Below, in pieces: positions 1 to 10,048 of a stretch of DNA of 64,000 bases. The DNA lies in NCBI GenBank assembly GCA_038087875.1, contig CM075990.1, positions 8,496,001-8,560,000 on the forward strand. Direction: 5' to 3'. The notes under the pieces are model-generated. The model did not search any database and had not been told where the DNA came from. It saw nothing but the letters and a program-made list of their open reading frames with translations. Both the position numbers and the translations under genes were made by a program. Positions within the stretch are counted from its first letter, which is position 1. Each line of letters begins with the position of its first letter. The DNA comes from Malacoraja senta (taxonomy: Eukaryota).

Positions 1-1295
1 TGCTCAGATAGTATTCTTTGCCCTTCAGATTTGAGACCTCTGTGTTAAAATCCAATCTCATGTGCATCTGGACTACTCTGACTGTGAAGGTTAGGGGTAG
101 AGTCAGTCTGAGCTTCGTGGCCTCATGGTCATCCCCAGCTGTGGCCACTAATCCCTGCCATCTCTCACAGTTTGCTGCGCTCTACTTCATTAGGCAGTTA
201 TCCAAGCTCCACACTCCTTACTCCAGAGGGAAGACCTCAACTACTTACCCAACTACTTGCAGCATTAGGCAGAGCACGCACAAGGATTTGTAAGTAGTGC
301 AGTATTTGGACATTTATAGCCGGTAATTCTTGCAGTTTTACAGTATACGGTAAACTCCTCAGCTGCAGCCCTATGGGTCTCTGTGGCTTACTTGTACCAG
401 AACATGCCTGTTGTCGGGACCATTGTTCACTGGTCTCCCTCGTTCTCTCTGAGTCTACTATCCGGCTCCCCCCTCTCAACAGTGCAGCACCCGCTCTCCG
501 CTGTAATTAAACGCGTGCTGCTGTAGCACTGTGGGTCTCACGAGCTGCCTTCCGAGGTCACAGCTGTGTCCCACAGTAGATCAATGGAGAACGCTGCACG
601 AAGCTGAAACAGTGTAGTGATACACAGAGACAACACTGTTCTCTGAACCCAGGAGTTAAAGATTGAAATCTTTATGGGACATGTACCAACAGTATTAGAG
701 TGATGCCCAGCGCGGGTTTAACACCATTTAAATATAGTAAAATGGTTCCTTGTCCTAATTCTGTTGTTTTCCAAGAAAATCTCCAGACACATTCTAAGAA
801 TTTTTATTTTGGTTAAATCCGAACTTGAATGCATGTCGATTGCTTTCTAAAAGCTATTTTACTAGCTGCTAATGTTGGCGTGCAGATTCACCCTGGGCTA
901 TTCCATTTTGGTCGCTCCTATTACAATGCTGTTGATGGAAACAAAAGCCAAACAGGATGTAAAAATACCGCCAGTGGACTAATCTCCAAGGTGAATTACA
1001 CTCCTTTGTTATAAAACTGTGTGTGGATTCAATCTATCTGCTGCTTTCTGATTTGATGTGACAGTCCGTACTCATTATTTGTGCTTGCAATGGTTCGAAA
1101 TGTGCGGTCACCATGACAACGGCACTATACATGCATCAGAGTTGTTTGACTCCACTTTGCCAGTTGTTTTACAGTCTCAATCATCCTTATAAAGTAATGA
1201 TTTCAGGGCTATGGAGAGGGCAGGAAAGATATTCACTAAGATGGTGCAGGAAGGAACTGCAGATGCTGGTTTAAACCGAAGATAGACACAAAGTG

Positions 1296-1570
1296 TATGA
1301 ATATGAATAGGTTTATTGGCCAAGTATTCACATACAAGGAATTTGCGTTGGTGCTCCGCCCACAAGTGACAACATGACATTTAGTGACAGATAAGAATGA
1401 TACATAAAACATTATACAATAATAATAAAATTATTGAATTAAATAAAATACCAGATCAAAAGGAGGCTACAGATTTTTGGTTATTGAGTAGAACTACTAC
1501 TCGTGGAAAAAAGCTGTTTTTATGCCTGGCTGTGGCAGCTTTGACAGTCCGGAGTCGCCTTCCAGAGGGA
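1296..1570 (-). mobile_element. LINE 3' fragment (Rex1/Babar-like tail) inserted in a Penelope-derived repeat (1245-1652)
   Basis: Host split gatagacacaaagtg|...|tgctggagtaactc. The minus strand reads RRLRTVKAATARHKNSFFPRVVVLLN, similar to the Rex1-type C-termini at 38112 and 44490. Confidence 0.6.
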
Positions 1571-2524
1571 TGCTGGAGTAACTCAGCGGGACAGACAACA
1601 TCTCTGGAGAGAAGGAATGGGAGACATTTCGGGTTGAAACCCTTCTTCAGACTAGGTGGTCCTTTGATGGTTCACTAGGCACACTAAGAATGGGAACGGA
1701 AACGAGAGACTTTATAGGAAGTAAGTGCTGACATTGCACCTCTTTTCAATGGAACCATTAAAGAGTTTTTGAAAACTGAGAGATTTGATCCATTAAACTA
1801 CAAAAAAACAAAGTCATTCCTACTCAGTGTTGAATCAGTGACAAAAATGTATAAATTGAAAATCATAGACAAAGAAGATTTTGTTTTCAACTTTTTTCTC
1901 AACCAGAAAAAGAATCCTATCCAGGGAAACTGCTAAATAATTCAACAAGTACGATTTTTTAATAGAAAGGAAGTAGAATGATTGAACACCTCACTGTTTG
2001 AGAACAGTTCTGTGTGCTGAGGGAATTATTTTTGTTTTATATGATGTTACAATTAAGATTGGAAAGTTCACTTGTATTGCTGAGACCAGGTTTTATTGGA
2101 TTGATTTAACTGTGTAGGAAAGTATTGGATGGGCTCCACCAGATAAGATATTAGGGCAAAGTTTATTTCTGTGAGCTGTGTGTATTTAAACGTCCAAAAA
2201 TACAATTCAGAAGGAAGAGATTTTTCAATATCCTGTCCAACATTGTTCTCTCAATACCAACCACGATAGACTTACTTGGCATTCGTCAGATTGTGGGATC
2301 TAATCTGTGCAGTTTAGCTCTTGCTTATCCTCAAGGGGAAAAAAAAAGCAGCTATTATTCTTCAAACCATTTCACTGCACTGGACATGGTTATAAGATAG
2401 ACACAAAATGCTGGAGTAAAGCCCCTGTCCCACTCACGTGTCCTTGGCACGCTAATTTCCCGACCTCGAAGGTCGCGCGCATCATCATGCGCCCGCACAG
2501 CCGTCTGGAGCGCGTGACGTCATT

Positions 2525-2719
2525 TGAAGATGGACACAAAGCTGGAGTAACTCAGCGGGACCGGCAGCATCTCTGGAGAGAAGCAATGGGTGATGTTTCG
2601 GGTCGAGACTCTTCTTCAGTCTGAAAGAAGGGTCTTGACCCGAAACGTCACCCATTCCTTCTCTCCAGAGATGCTGCCAGTCCCGCTGAGTTACTCCTGC
2701 ATTTTGTATCCATCTTCAA
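2525..2719. mobile_element. Fold-back Penelope-derived repeat inside the MITE
   Basis: Two ~95-bp arms in inverted orientation centred near 2618. Hammerhead-like core at 2621-2649. Confidence 0.75.
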
Positions 2720-2732
2720 TTTTCTTGGCCCC

Positions 2733-2783
<51 letters not shown>

Positions 2784-2880
2784 CCGTAAATGTTTTTTTA
2801 TTAGATTTTTAAACAAATGTACAATTTACAAGGAAGGGTAGAAAGCTCACACAATTTAAAAAACCATTTACACATAATTA

Positions 2881-5800
2881 TCAAATAAAAATATTAACAT
2901 TTTTATCTATAATATATTCAACCTCCTGCGGTGACCAGCGTTCACAGAAGGCCTCCACAGTCCCCGTGGACACCGCGTGTTCCCTCTCTAGGGACACGCG
3001 GGCACGGACGTAACCCCGGAAAAGGGGCAGGCAGCCGACCGCTGTGCGGCCATCGACCGCCCGCTGCCTGGACCCGCGAATGGCCATCTTGGCCAGGCCC
3101 AGGAGCAGTCCGACAGGGAGACCCCCTCCTCCCTCCCGACCCTCCCCCCTCTTTACCGGGTGCCCATAAATTAATAGCGTTGGACTAAAATGTAACCAAA
3201 ACTTGAGGAGCAGCCCTTTCAAATACTCGAACAGGTGCTGCAACCTCTCGCACTCTATATACACGTGGAACACGGTCTCTTCCTCACCGCAGAAATGACA
3301 AGCAGGGGAAGAGTCCGTGAACCGGCTCAAGTACCTATTACAGGCCACGGCTTTGTGCAAAACTCTCCACCCCAGGTCCCCGATGTAAAGGGGGAGGACT
3401 CCCTTGTAGAGATACCTCCACTGGGGACCGCTCCCCTCGTCAGGTGGTAACACGGACCGCCAGGGTGTGTCTGGACGGAAGACGAGGGCGAGGAAGTGGA
3501 GAGTGTGCAAGAGCAGCCTGTACAGTACTCGCCTCTCCGCGCCACGGAATGGCACACTGGGCATCTCAGAAAGGCGGCTCATGTTGCATGGGGCCGGCTC
3601 TCGGGGAGGGTCCCGGGCCATGGGCCCTATGAACAATTCCGACTGAGCGGGGGTAAGCTCGTCCGGAATCGCTCCATGCACACGCCTCTCCTCGATACCC
3701 ACCGTCACAGCCACGACACCCCCCTCCCCCTGAGGAGCAGGGCCCTGGCTGAAGGTGACCAAATTCCTGGCCTTCAGGACTTCACGGTAAAAGCCAGGCA
3801 ACTCCCGCCTAGCGCGTCGACTCATGCCCGCTACCGGGAGCCGGGAGCCCTCCTGAAGGCACCGCCCCTGACGGAAAAAGTACGTCGCCAGCACGTGCCA
3901 TTTAGGAGGGTAGTCCGAGTAGACGTACCTCCGCAGGGTCCTGAGTCGGAGAGCCGCCACCTGGGTACGAGTACAGACCAGCGCCTGACCACCCTCCTCC
4001 AACGGGAGACTCAGAACCCCAGCAGAGACCCAGTGGTTCCTCTCCCCCCAGAAGAAGTTGACCAATCTCCTCTGTAACATGGTTATAAAATAAGAGGATG
4101 GGACCATAGTGGCCATCCGGTACCACATTAGAGAGGCCACCAGCTGGTTTATAACTATAGCCCTGCCCCGGTAAGAGAGCACACCAAGTAGGCCTGACCA
4201 ACGTCCCAGCCGGGCGACCACTTTCGCCTCCAGCTCCTGCCAGTTCGCCGGCCACCCCTCCTCAGCGGGACTCAGGTAGACCCCCAGATAAAGGAGGTGC
4301 GTGGTACTCCACGCAAAACCTGCCATCTCCTCCGGCAGGGAGTCCACCTGCCACCCACCCATCAAGAGACCAGAACACTTCCCCCAGTTGATCCTGGCGG
4401 AGGATGCAGCCGAGAAAACCTGCTGGCACTCACGCATCCTCCGCAGGTCAACAGGGTCGGTGAACATCAGAAGGACATCATCGGCGTAGGTCGAGAGAAC
4501 CACCTCCATCCCCGGCCCCGGTAAAGCCAGGCCTGTCAACCGCCTCCGGAGAAGGCACAGGAAAGGCTCGACACAGATGGAATACAGCTGGCCGGACATG
4601 GGACATCCCTGACGAACCCCCCTCCCAAAGGGAATGGGGGCCAACAATGAGCCGTTGACCTTAACAAGGCATTCTGCAGCAGTATATAACAGTCGGACCC
4701 AGGCCACAAAATGCGGTCCAAATCCGAACGCCTGCAGAGTCCCAAGAAGGTAGTCGTGCTCCACCCTGTCAAACGCCTTCTCCTGGTCGAGGGAGAGAAA
4801 GGCGACCGACTGACCAGCCCCCTGGGACAGATGGATCAGGTCCCGGAGCAGATGGATATTGTCCTGGATGGACCGGCCCGGGACTGTGTACGACTGGTCA
4901 GGGTGGATCACCTGGGACAGCACGGGACCCAGGCGATTCGCCAATGCCCTTGCAAAGACTTTATAGTCCGTGCTGAGGAGAGAGACCGGGCGCCAGTTCT
5001 TCAAAAGGCGAAGATCGCCCTTCTTGGGCAGCAGGACAACAACTGCCCTGCGCCAAGAGAAAGGCATCTCCCCGGTCGCCAGGCTCTCCCCCAGGACCTT
5101 CATATAGTCACCCCCCAGGACATCCCAGAAGGCTCTAAGGTACTCCACAGTCAGCCCATCCAGCCCTGGAGACTTGCCCCTCCTAAGCTGGTGCAGGGCA
5201 CCAGTCAACTCCTCCAGAGTTAGGGGATCATCCAGGTGTTCAGCCACATCATTGCACACTACGGGTAAGCCCTCCCACAGGACTTCTTGCGCCTCCCCAC
5301 TCGATGTGCCAGCTGAGAACAGAGTCCTGTAGAAAGACCGAACCGAGGCACCAATGCTCTCTGGATCTGTGACAGAGGAGCCATCATCCGCAAGCAACTC
5401 TACAAGCTGCCTGCGGGCTCCTCGCCCCTTCTCCAGAGAAAAGAAAAAGGGGGAGGCGCGGTCCAGGTCGTGCAACATCTGGACCCGCGACCTCACATAC
5501 GCACCCCGGGACCTCCTAAGCTGCAAGTCCCTCAGTGCTCCCTTCTTCTCCTGGTATTCCTCCCACTCACACGAAGCCCCACCAGTCTGATCCAGATGAG
5601 CCTCCGAGTCGAGCAACTCTCTCTCAAGCCGTCCGATCTCGGATTCCCGCCCCTTGGTCGACCCCCTCGCATAGTCCTGGCAAAACTGACGGACGTAGAC
5701 TTTCCCCACGTCCCACCACTGCCTTAGGGAAAGGAAACGCCCCTGCCTCTCTCTCCACCTCACCCAGAACTGCCTGAATGAATCCCGGAATCGGCAATCC

Positions 5801-6558
5801 TCCAACAGCTGGCTATTTAAATGCCAGTACGCGGACCCTGCCCGTGTGCGCGCTGGGATAAAGTCCACTCGCACCAGGCAATGGTCCGAGCATGGCGCCG
5901 GCTGCATGGAGGCTGCCGAAACACAAGAGACATAGGCCTTGGACACGTATAAATGATCAATACGGGACCCACCACCCTCAAACCTGTACGAGAAGGCGTT
6001 AGAGTCAGGATGGAAATTCCTCCAAGCATCTACCAGCTCAAAAGAGTCCACCATCTCCCTCAAGGTCTTCACTGCTCCCGGGTCACGCTGAACGCCAGAG
6101 CGATCTCTTGTCTCAAGGGCACAATTAAAATCTCCCCCAAGGAAAACACACTCCCCACGGTCGATAGTATTCAACAACGTGGTCACTTCCCCTGTTAAGC
6201 GCGTCTGCATTGCGCCGATCTTGGGGGCGTACACATTAACGAAGTGTAATGGCACACCATCCAAGCGCACGGCCAGATACAGCAAACGGCCTGGTACAAC
6301 CTCCTGCACTTTGAGGATCTCCGGCTGGAAAGACGGGGCCAACAGGAAGGCTACTCCACTCGATTTGGAGCTGAGATGACTCATATAGACCCCCCCTTCC
6401 CACTCCAGGAGCCATGTGGGTTCATCACTAGCCACAGTGTGTGTTTCCTGCAGGAAGCTCACCGCATATCTCCCGTCTCTGAGCACTGAGAGATGGTGAA
6501 ACCTACGGAGAGACCCCCTGCCCCCATTGATATTAAGGCTGGCTATAGTGAGCTTCAT
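2881..6558 (-). CDS. Tx1-type ORF2: APE endonuclease + reverse transcriptase + C-terminal CCHC zinc finger (1225 aa)
   Basis: APE motifs SLNING, FLQETH, NVYAP, GGDFNC, SRIDHLY, SDH. RT motifs KSPGLDGL, NWRPVSLLSTDYK, LDQEKAFDRV, GVRQGCPMS, YADD, YLGV. C-terminal CHFCGEEETVFHVYIEC. No stops or frameshifts. Confidence 0.96.
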   Translation of the reverse strand: MKLTIASLNINGGRGSLRRFHHLSVLRDGRYAVSFLQETHTVASDEPTWLLEWEGGVYMSHLSSKSSGVAFLLAPSFQPEILKVQEVVPGRLLYLAVRLDGVPLHFVNVYAPKIGAMQTRLTGEVTTLLNTIDRGECVFLGGDFNCALETRDRSGVQRDPGAVKTLREMVDSFELVDAWRNFHPDSNAFSYRFEGGGSRIDHLYVSKAYVSCVSAASMQPAPCSDHCLVRVDFIPARTRAGSAYWHLNSQLLEDCRFRDSFRQFWVRWRERQGRFLSLRQWWDVGKVYVRQFCQDYARGSTKGRESEIGRLERELLDSEAHLDQTGGASCEWEEYQEKKGALRDLQLRRSRGAYVRSRVQMLHDLDRASPFFFSLEKGRGARRQLVELLADDGSSVTDPESIGASVRSFYRTLFSAGTSSGEAQEVLWEGLPVVCNDVAEHLDDPLTLEELTGALHQLRRGKSPGLDGLTVEYLRAFWDVLGGDYMKVLGESLATGEMPFSWRRAVVVLLPKKGDLRLLKNWRPVSLLSTDYKVFARALANRLGPVLSQVIHPDQSYTVPGRSIQDNIHLLRDLIHLSQGAGQSVAFLSLDQEKAFDRVEHDYLLGTLQAFGFGPHFVAWVRLLYTAAECLVKVNGSLLAPIPFGRGVRQGCPMSGQLYSICVEPFLCLLRRRLTGLALPGPGMEVVLSTYADDVLLMFTDPVDLRRMRECQQVFSAASSARINWGKCSGLLMGGWQVDSLPEEMAGFAWSTTHLLYLGVYLSPAEEGWPANWQELEAKVVARLGRWSGLLGVLSYRGRAIVINQLVASLMWYRMATMVPSSYFITMLQRRLVNFFWGERNHWVSAGVLSLPLEEGGQALVCTRTQVAALRLRTLRRYVYSDYPPKWHVLATYFFRQGRCLQEGSRLPVAGMSRRARRELPGFYREVLKARNLVTFSQGPAPQGEGGVVAVTVGIEERRVHGAIPDELTPAQSELFIGPMARDPPREPAPCNMSRLSEMPSVPFRGAERRVLYRLLLHTLHFLALVFRPDTPWRSVLPPDEGSGPQWRYLYKGVLPLYIGDLGWRVLHKAVACNRYLSRFTDSSPACHFCGEEETVFHVYIECERLQHLFEYLKGLLLKFWLHFSPTLLIYGHPVKRGEGREGGGGLPVGLLLGLAKMAIRGSRQRAVDGRTAVGCLPLFRGYVRARVSLEREHAVSTGTVEAFCERWSPQEVEYIIDKNVNIFI

Positions 6559-8657
6559 TTTGAAAGTACACTTGATCTTTTACCCGTCCCCGGTGATGGA
6601 TTGGAGCCGCCCCTACCCTTCTTCCCTCTCTTTAGGACCTTAAAAAGCTCTTGGAACTGGCGCCTCTCATTTCTTACTAGCCCCGCCTCATTCCCCTTCT
6701 TCTGAAGGATGGCATGAATGGACTGCATGGGCGCCATCAGGTCCGACCAGCGGTCGACAGCCAACTCCACCTTGTTCCTACTCCCTCTAGTGTCCTTTAA
6801 GAACTTCCGAAGTTCCCAGACTTCGACAAGTTGAGACACGGGGCCGCGGGTGGAGCAGTCCGTCAACTCATTGTCGATGGACTCCGGGTACCCCTCCTCC
6901 TCACACTCAATGTCCGAGCCCGAGTCCAGATGGTTACTACTCTCAGCCGCCTCGCTCACCCCTCCCTGTGAGGTGGGCATTCCAGCCACATCACACAGTC
7001 CCTCCTCTGTCACCATCCCACCCCCAGGATCAGTGACAGGGGCAGGTACCGGTGCCTCTGACCGCGGCAAGCTTTCTGACAGTTGGCCAGTCTCCTGCAC
7101 GCTCCCATCGCCCTCTGTAACCAGATTGGGAACAGTGAACTCAGAGCAAGTCTCCGGGCCTTGCTGTAAGCGGGTCTGTCTGGAGTCCGACCTAAGGACA
7201 CGATCCAAAACGATCTTGCCCTCCTCCGCACCCAGGGTATCCGCCCCTGCACCGTCACCCAGAGAGTCCCCGTCCCCCACCACCAGGTGAATCACCCCAC
7301 TGTGTCCCTCAGGGGCCGATGTTACTGGAGTCTCCCCTGCTCCCTCAACCAGTGGGGCATTACACCCCTCAACTGGGCTTGTAGCCTCAACGGGGAGCTC
7401 ATGTTGGGGACCCACCCCCTCACCCAATTCCCCCCCTTCAGGCTGCCCCTGGTCATCCACTAAGCTAGCAGACATGTTTTCTGGGGGAACAGCCCCCAAG
7501 AGCAATATATCGCCACTCTCAGGTGGCCCCAGACCTACAGAGGCATCCTCCCCCTCAGAGGAAACTTGCCCTGGGTACCCCACCTCAACAGGAGGGGAAG
7601 GCTCCCCTTCAGGTTGCCCCTGAACTTCAGGGCCCTTCTCTGTATCGGACGACCCATGCCTCCTCCTCTTCGAACCACTGGCGTACGGTGGTACGGTGAG
7701 CTCCATTGCAGAAGCCTCTACCTCCACATTACCTTCTATCTCAGAGGCGAGCATGAAATTATCTGCTTCCTGGGGTCCCGCTTGGAGGTGATCATCTTCT
7801 AGGGGATCAGCCTGGAGATGTTTCTTCTTTTTATTGACTTTCCTCCCCTGCTGATGCTCCCAAACCTTCCCATCCACCCTACGCACTTCTCCGGCATCCA
7901 CCGCCACAGGTACGGGACATGGGGGTGGTGGGGGGATAGGGGTTGGGGGTAGGGGAGTAAAGCCTTCACGGGCCACCGTGGTAAAACCAGCAGCCCCAGA
8001 TGGGCCAGTAGTGCTTTCCCGTGCCATCGTGGTGGAACTGGCAGCCCGGGTCCTGGGACAATTCTTGCGAAAATGCCCCACCTGTTTGCAACCGTGACAA
8101 CGCACTTGGCCCGCATTCCAGAACACGCGATAGGAGAAATCATCCACCTCCACCTCAAAACTCCCCTCCGTGTCCATCCCCTTTGCCAACTGTATATACA
8201 CGCGACGCTTGAACGTATATACATGCTGCATCTCAGGATCGTCAAACCTGTACAACAGTTTGGTGAGCCCTGACCGCACCTCCCCCAGCTTCCTTACATG
8301 TGGGAGCAGGAGCGCATCCGGAACAAAAGTGGGAACATTGGACAGAATGACCGGCAAAACGGGACCCCCCCAAGGGTCCACCGCCGCGAAAATCCCCCCT
8401 GCTGTTACCCCCCTTTCCAGAGCCAGAGCCACCGCCTGTTCAGTCTTTAGTATAACCACAACCTTCCCACTGACCACCGCGCCCGAGACTATGGCTTTCT
8501 TGCCAACAGTCTCACCCAACGCATCTAGAAAGGCCTTTAAGGGCAGGTTGCTCTTCATGTACATTTTTACACCATATGTGCGCCCCATCAACTCATGGCC
8601 CTCAGTCGCTGAGACTGCCGACCGCGCGACAGCTGCATAACTCTGAGGGGCCGCCAT
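6555..8657 (-). CDS. Tx1-type ORF1, gag-like nucleic-acid-binding protein with CCHC zinc knuckle (~700 aa)
   Basis: The first ATG (MAAPQSYAAVARS) is at 8657; the ORF track's 8783 start is a TTG. Zinc knuckle CHGCKQVGHFRKNC and a long acidic/Pro-rich middle. The TGA stop overlaps the ORF2 ATG (ATGA at 6555-6558). Confidence 0.9.
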   Translation of the reverse strand: MAAPQSYAAVARSAVSATEGHELMGRTYGVKMYMKSNLPLKAFLDALGETVGKKAIVSGAVVSGKVVVILKTEQAVALALERGVTAGGIFAAVDPWGGPVLPVILSNVPTFVPDALLLPHVRKLGEVRSGLTKLLYRFDDPEMQHVYTFKRRVYIQLAKGMDTEGSFEVEVDDFSYRVFWNAGQVRCHGCKQVGHFRKNCPRTRAASSTTMARESTTGPSGAAGFTTVAREGFTPLPPTPIPPPPPCPVPVAVDAGEVRRVDGKVWEHQQGRKVNKKKKHLQADPLEDDHLQAGPQEADNFMLASEIEGNVEVEASAMELTVPPYASGSKRRRHGSSDTEKGPEVQGQPEGEPSPPVEVGYPGQVSSEGEDASVGLGPPESGDILLLGAVPPENMSASLVDDQGQPEGGELGEGVGPQHELPVEATSPVEGCNAPLVEGAGETPVTSAPEGHSGVIHLVVGDGDSLGDGAGADTLGAEEGKIVLDRVLRSDSRQTRLQQGPETCSEFTVPNLVTEGDGSVQETGQLSESLPRSEAPVPAPVTDPGGGMVTEEGLCDVAGMPTSQGGVSEAAESSNHLDSGSDIECEEEGYPESIDNELTDCSTRGPVSQLVEVWELRKFLKDTRGSRNKVELAVDRWSDLMAPMQSIHAILQKKGNEAGLVRNERRQFQELFKVLKRGKKGRGGSNPSPGTGKRSSVLSK

Positions 8658-10048
8658 CTTTAGGGCGTGGCACAACACACAAAGTATCAGTAGTTTATAT
8701 CCAAAGCAGTCTTTCTGCTGTTGCTGCACCTCCACTCTTTTGCAGCAGTTAAATAGTCCTGTGAAGGCTTTCTTGGCAAGCAACAGAAGCAGTCTCCTCC
8801 TGATAAGATAGGAAATGTCCGTGCCAATCCTCCCCGTCGTAAAAAAATGGAGCTTCCTTATGCTTCTTCCTCAGGCCTCCGACTCCTCCCCGGCTTCAAC
8901 GAAATCCAAGGCACTGTTGCCGTTCTTACCCAGCCCACCTGGACCGGGCAAGTCGGTGTAGGAGGGAGCTTTCCGATGTTACTGACCACAAACACCACTC
9001 TAGACTCAGCTCCCACTCGTTCAAGTGTACTTGGCCTTCCGCCAGCCACTGCCGCTCCTACGACTTTACAGATACACGGACAAATCCTCCCTAATTAGAG
9101 GAATCCTTGAACAAAGAAAGTCTCTGCAGATCGACAAAGCTCTGAACTGCAAAGTCTGACTGCTTTTGTTTCTCCCCGCCAAACAAAACCTTCTGAAAAG
9201 TTCATCAAATCCTCCCCGCCAGCAGAACAGCTCCTCACCTGGCCCCGCTCTGGGAGTAGAAGTGGGGGCGGATCCGGACCGCAACGGCCGTGGGCCCCAG
9301 GCTGAGTTTGACGATTGTTTGCCAGCTTCTGCTGCTGTTGGAGGTGAGACGTTGCGTCGCGCCAGGGTCTTGGGCCTGTCCCACTTTGGCCGTCAGTTAC
9401 CGCGCACAACTCCATACCCCTCCGCGCTTCTCAGTAGGACCGGCCCCGCGCGGCCATACGATGCCCATGCGCCTCAACGCGACGACGAGGTCGCGTAATA
9501 TGTGTGCCAAGGACACAGTGGGACAGGGCCTTAACTCAGCGGGACAGGCAGCATCTCTGCAGAGAAGGAATGGGTGACTTTTCGGATCAAGACCCTTCTA
9601 CAGACTGAACTTTCCTACACATTTTGTCCGCTCCACTGTGAGTTCTTTCCAACCTATGGTTATAATATGTTTCAGAGGCTGTTTGCAAATCAACCATAGT
9701 GCTTCAAGCCCTTTGGACACCCATTCATAATTCCTTTTCCAGAACTTCAACTTCAGTGGAGGTTAAAATAGACTGTATTGGGGAAAAATGCATTATTTAA
9801 GACATTGTCAATTATTTCAGGAATTAATACAGTAATTTCTTTTAAATTCATGCAGAGATACAAGTCCCCATTCCACTCTTTCTTCGTTGTCTCTCCCCTC
9901 TCTTGTCATCCCTTTTGCCTCATTTTCGTTTGGTTTCATAAGTCAACTGCACATGGTAACAGGCTCTTTGGCCCAACTCATCCATGCCGACAGAGATGTC
10001 CTTTCTCTGTTAGTGCCATTTGCCGCGTGTGGCAAATATCCCTCTAAA

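Larger units (their letters stand above)
2738..9239 (-). mobile_element. Full-length Tx1-clade (L1 group) non-LTR retrotransposon, ~6.5 kb, both ORFs intact
   Basis: Poly(T) at ~2737-2783 is the minus-strand poly(A) tail. Direct repeat TGGCCCCGCTCT at 2726-2737 and 9240-9251 is the TSD (the last T is ambiguous with the tail). Contains gag-like ORF1, APE-RT ORF2 and a ~580-nt 5' UTR. Confidence 0.95.
2420..9531. mobile_element. PIF/Harbinger-type MITE (~600 bp when empty) interrupted by the Tx1 element
   Basis: TIRs AGCCCCTGTCCCACT..GTGTCCTTGGCAC (from 2420) and GTGCCAAGGACACAGTGGGACAGGGCCT (to 9531). TAA TSD at 2417-2419 and 9532-9534, splitting the host ctggagTAA|ctcagcggg. Confidence 0.88.
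2396..9655 (-). mobile_element. Penelope-derived short repeat that hosts the MITE/Tx1 nest
   Basis: Halves 2396-2419 and 9535-9655 rejoin to the recurrent consensus gatagacacaaaatgctggagtaactcagcgggacaggcagcatctct. Flanked by ATGGTTATAA at 2386-2395 and 9656-9665. Confidence 0.75.

Noticed and set aside
2931..8640. Many plus-strand and alternative-frame ORFs over the Tx1 element
   Set aside because: Shadow frames of GC-rich coding sequence; no recognisable motifs.
8658..8783. N-terminal extension of ORF1 in the ORF track
   Set aside because: It begins at a TTG; the first ATG at 8657 precedes the SYAAV-type N-terminus.
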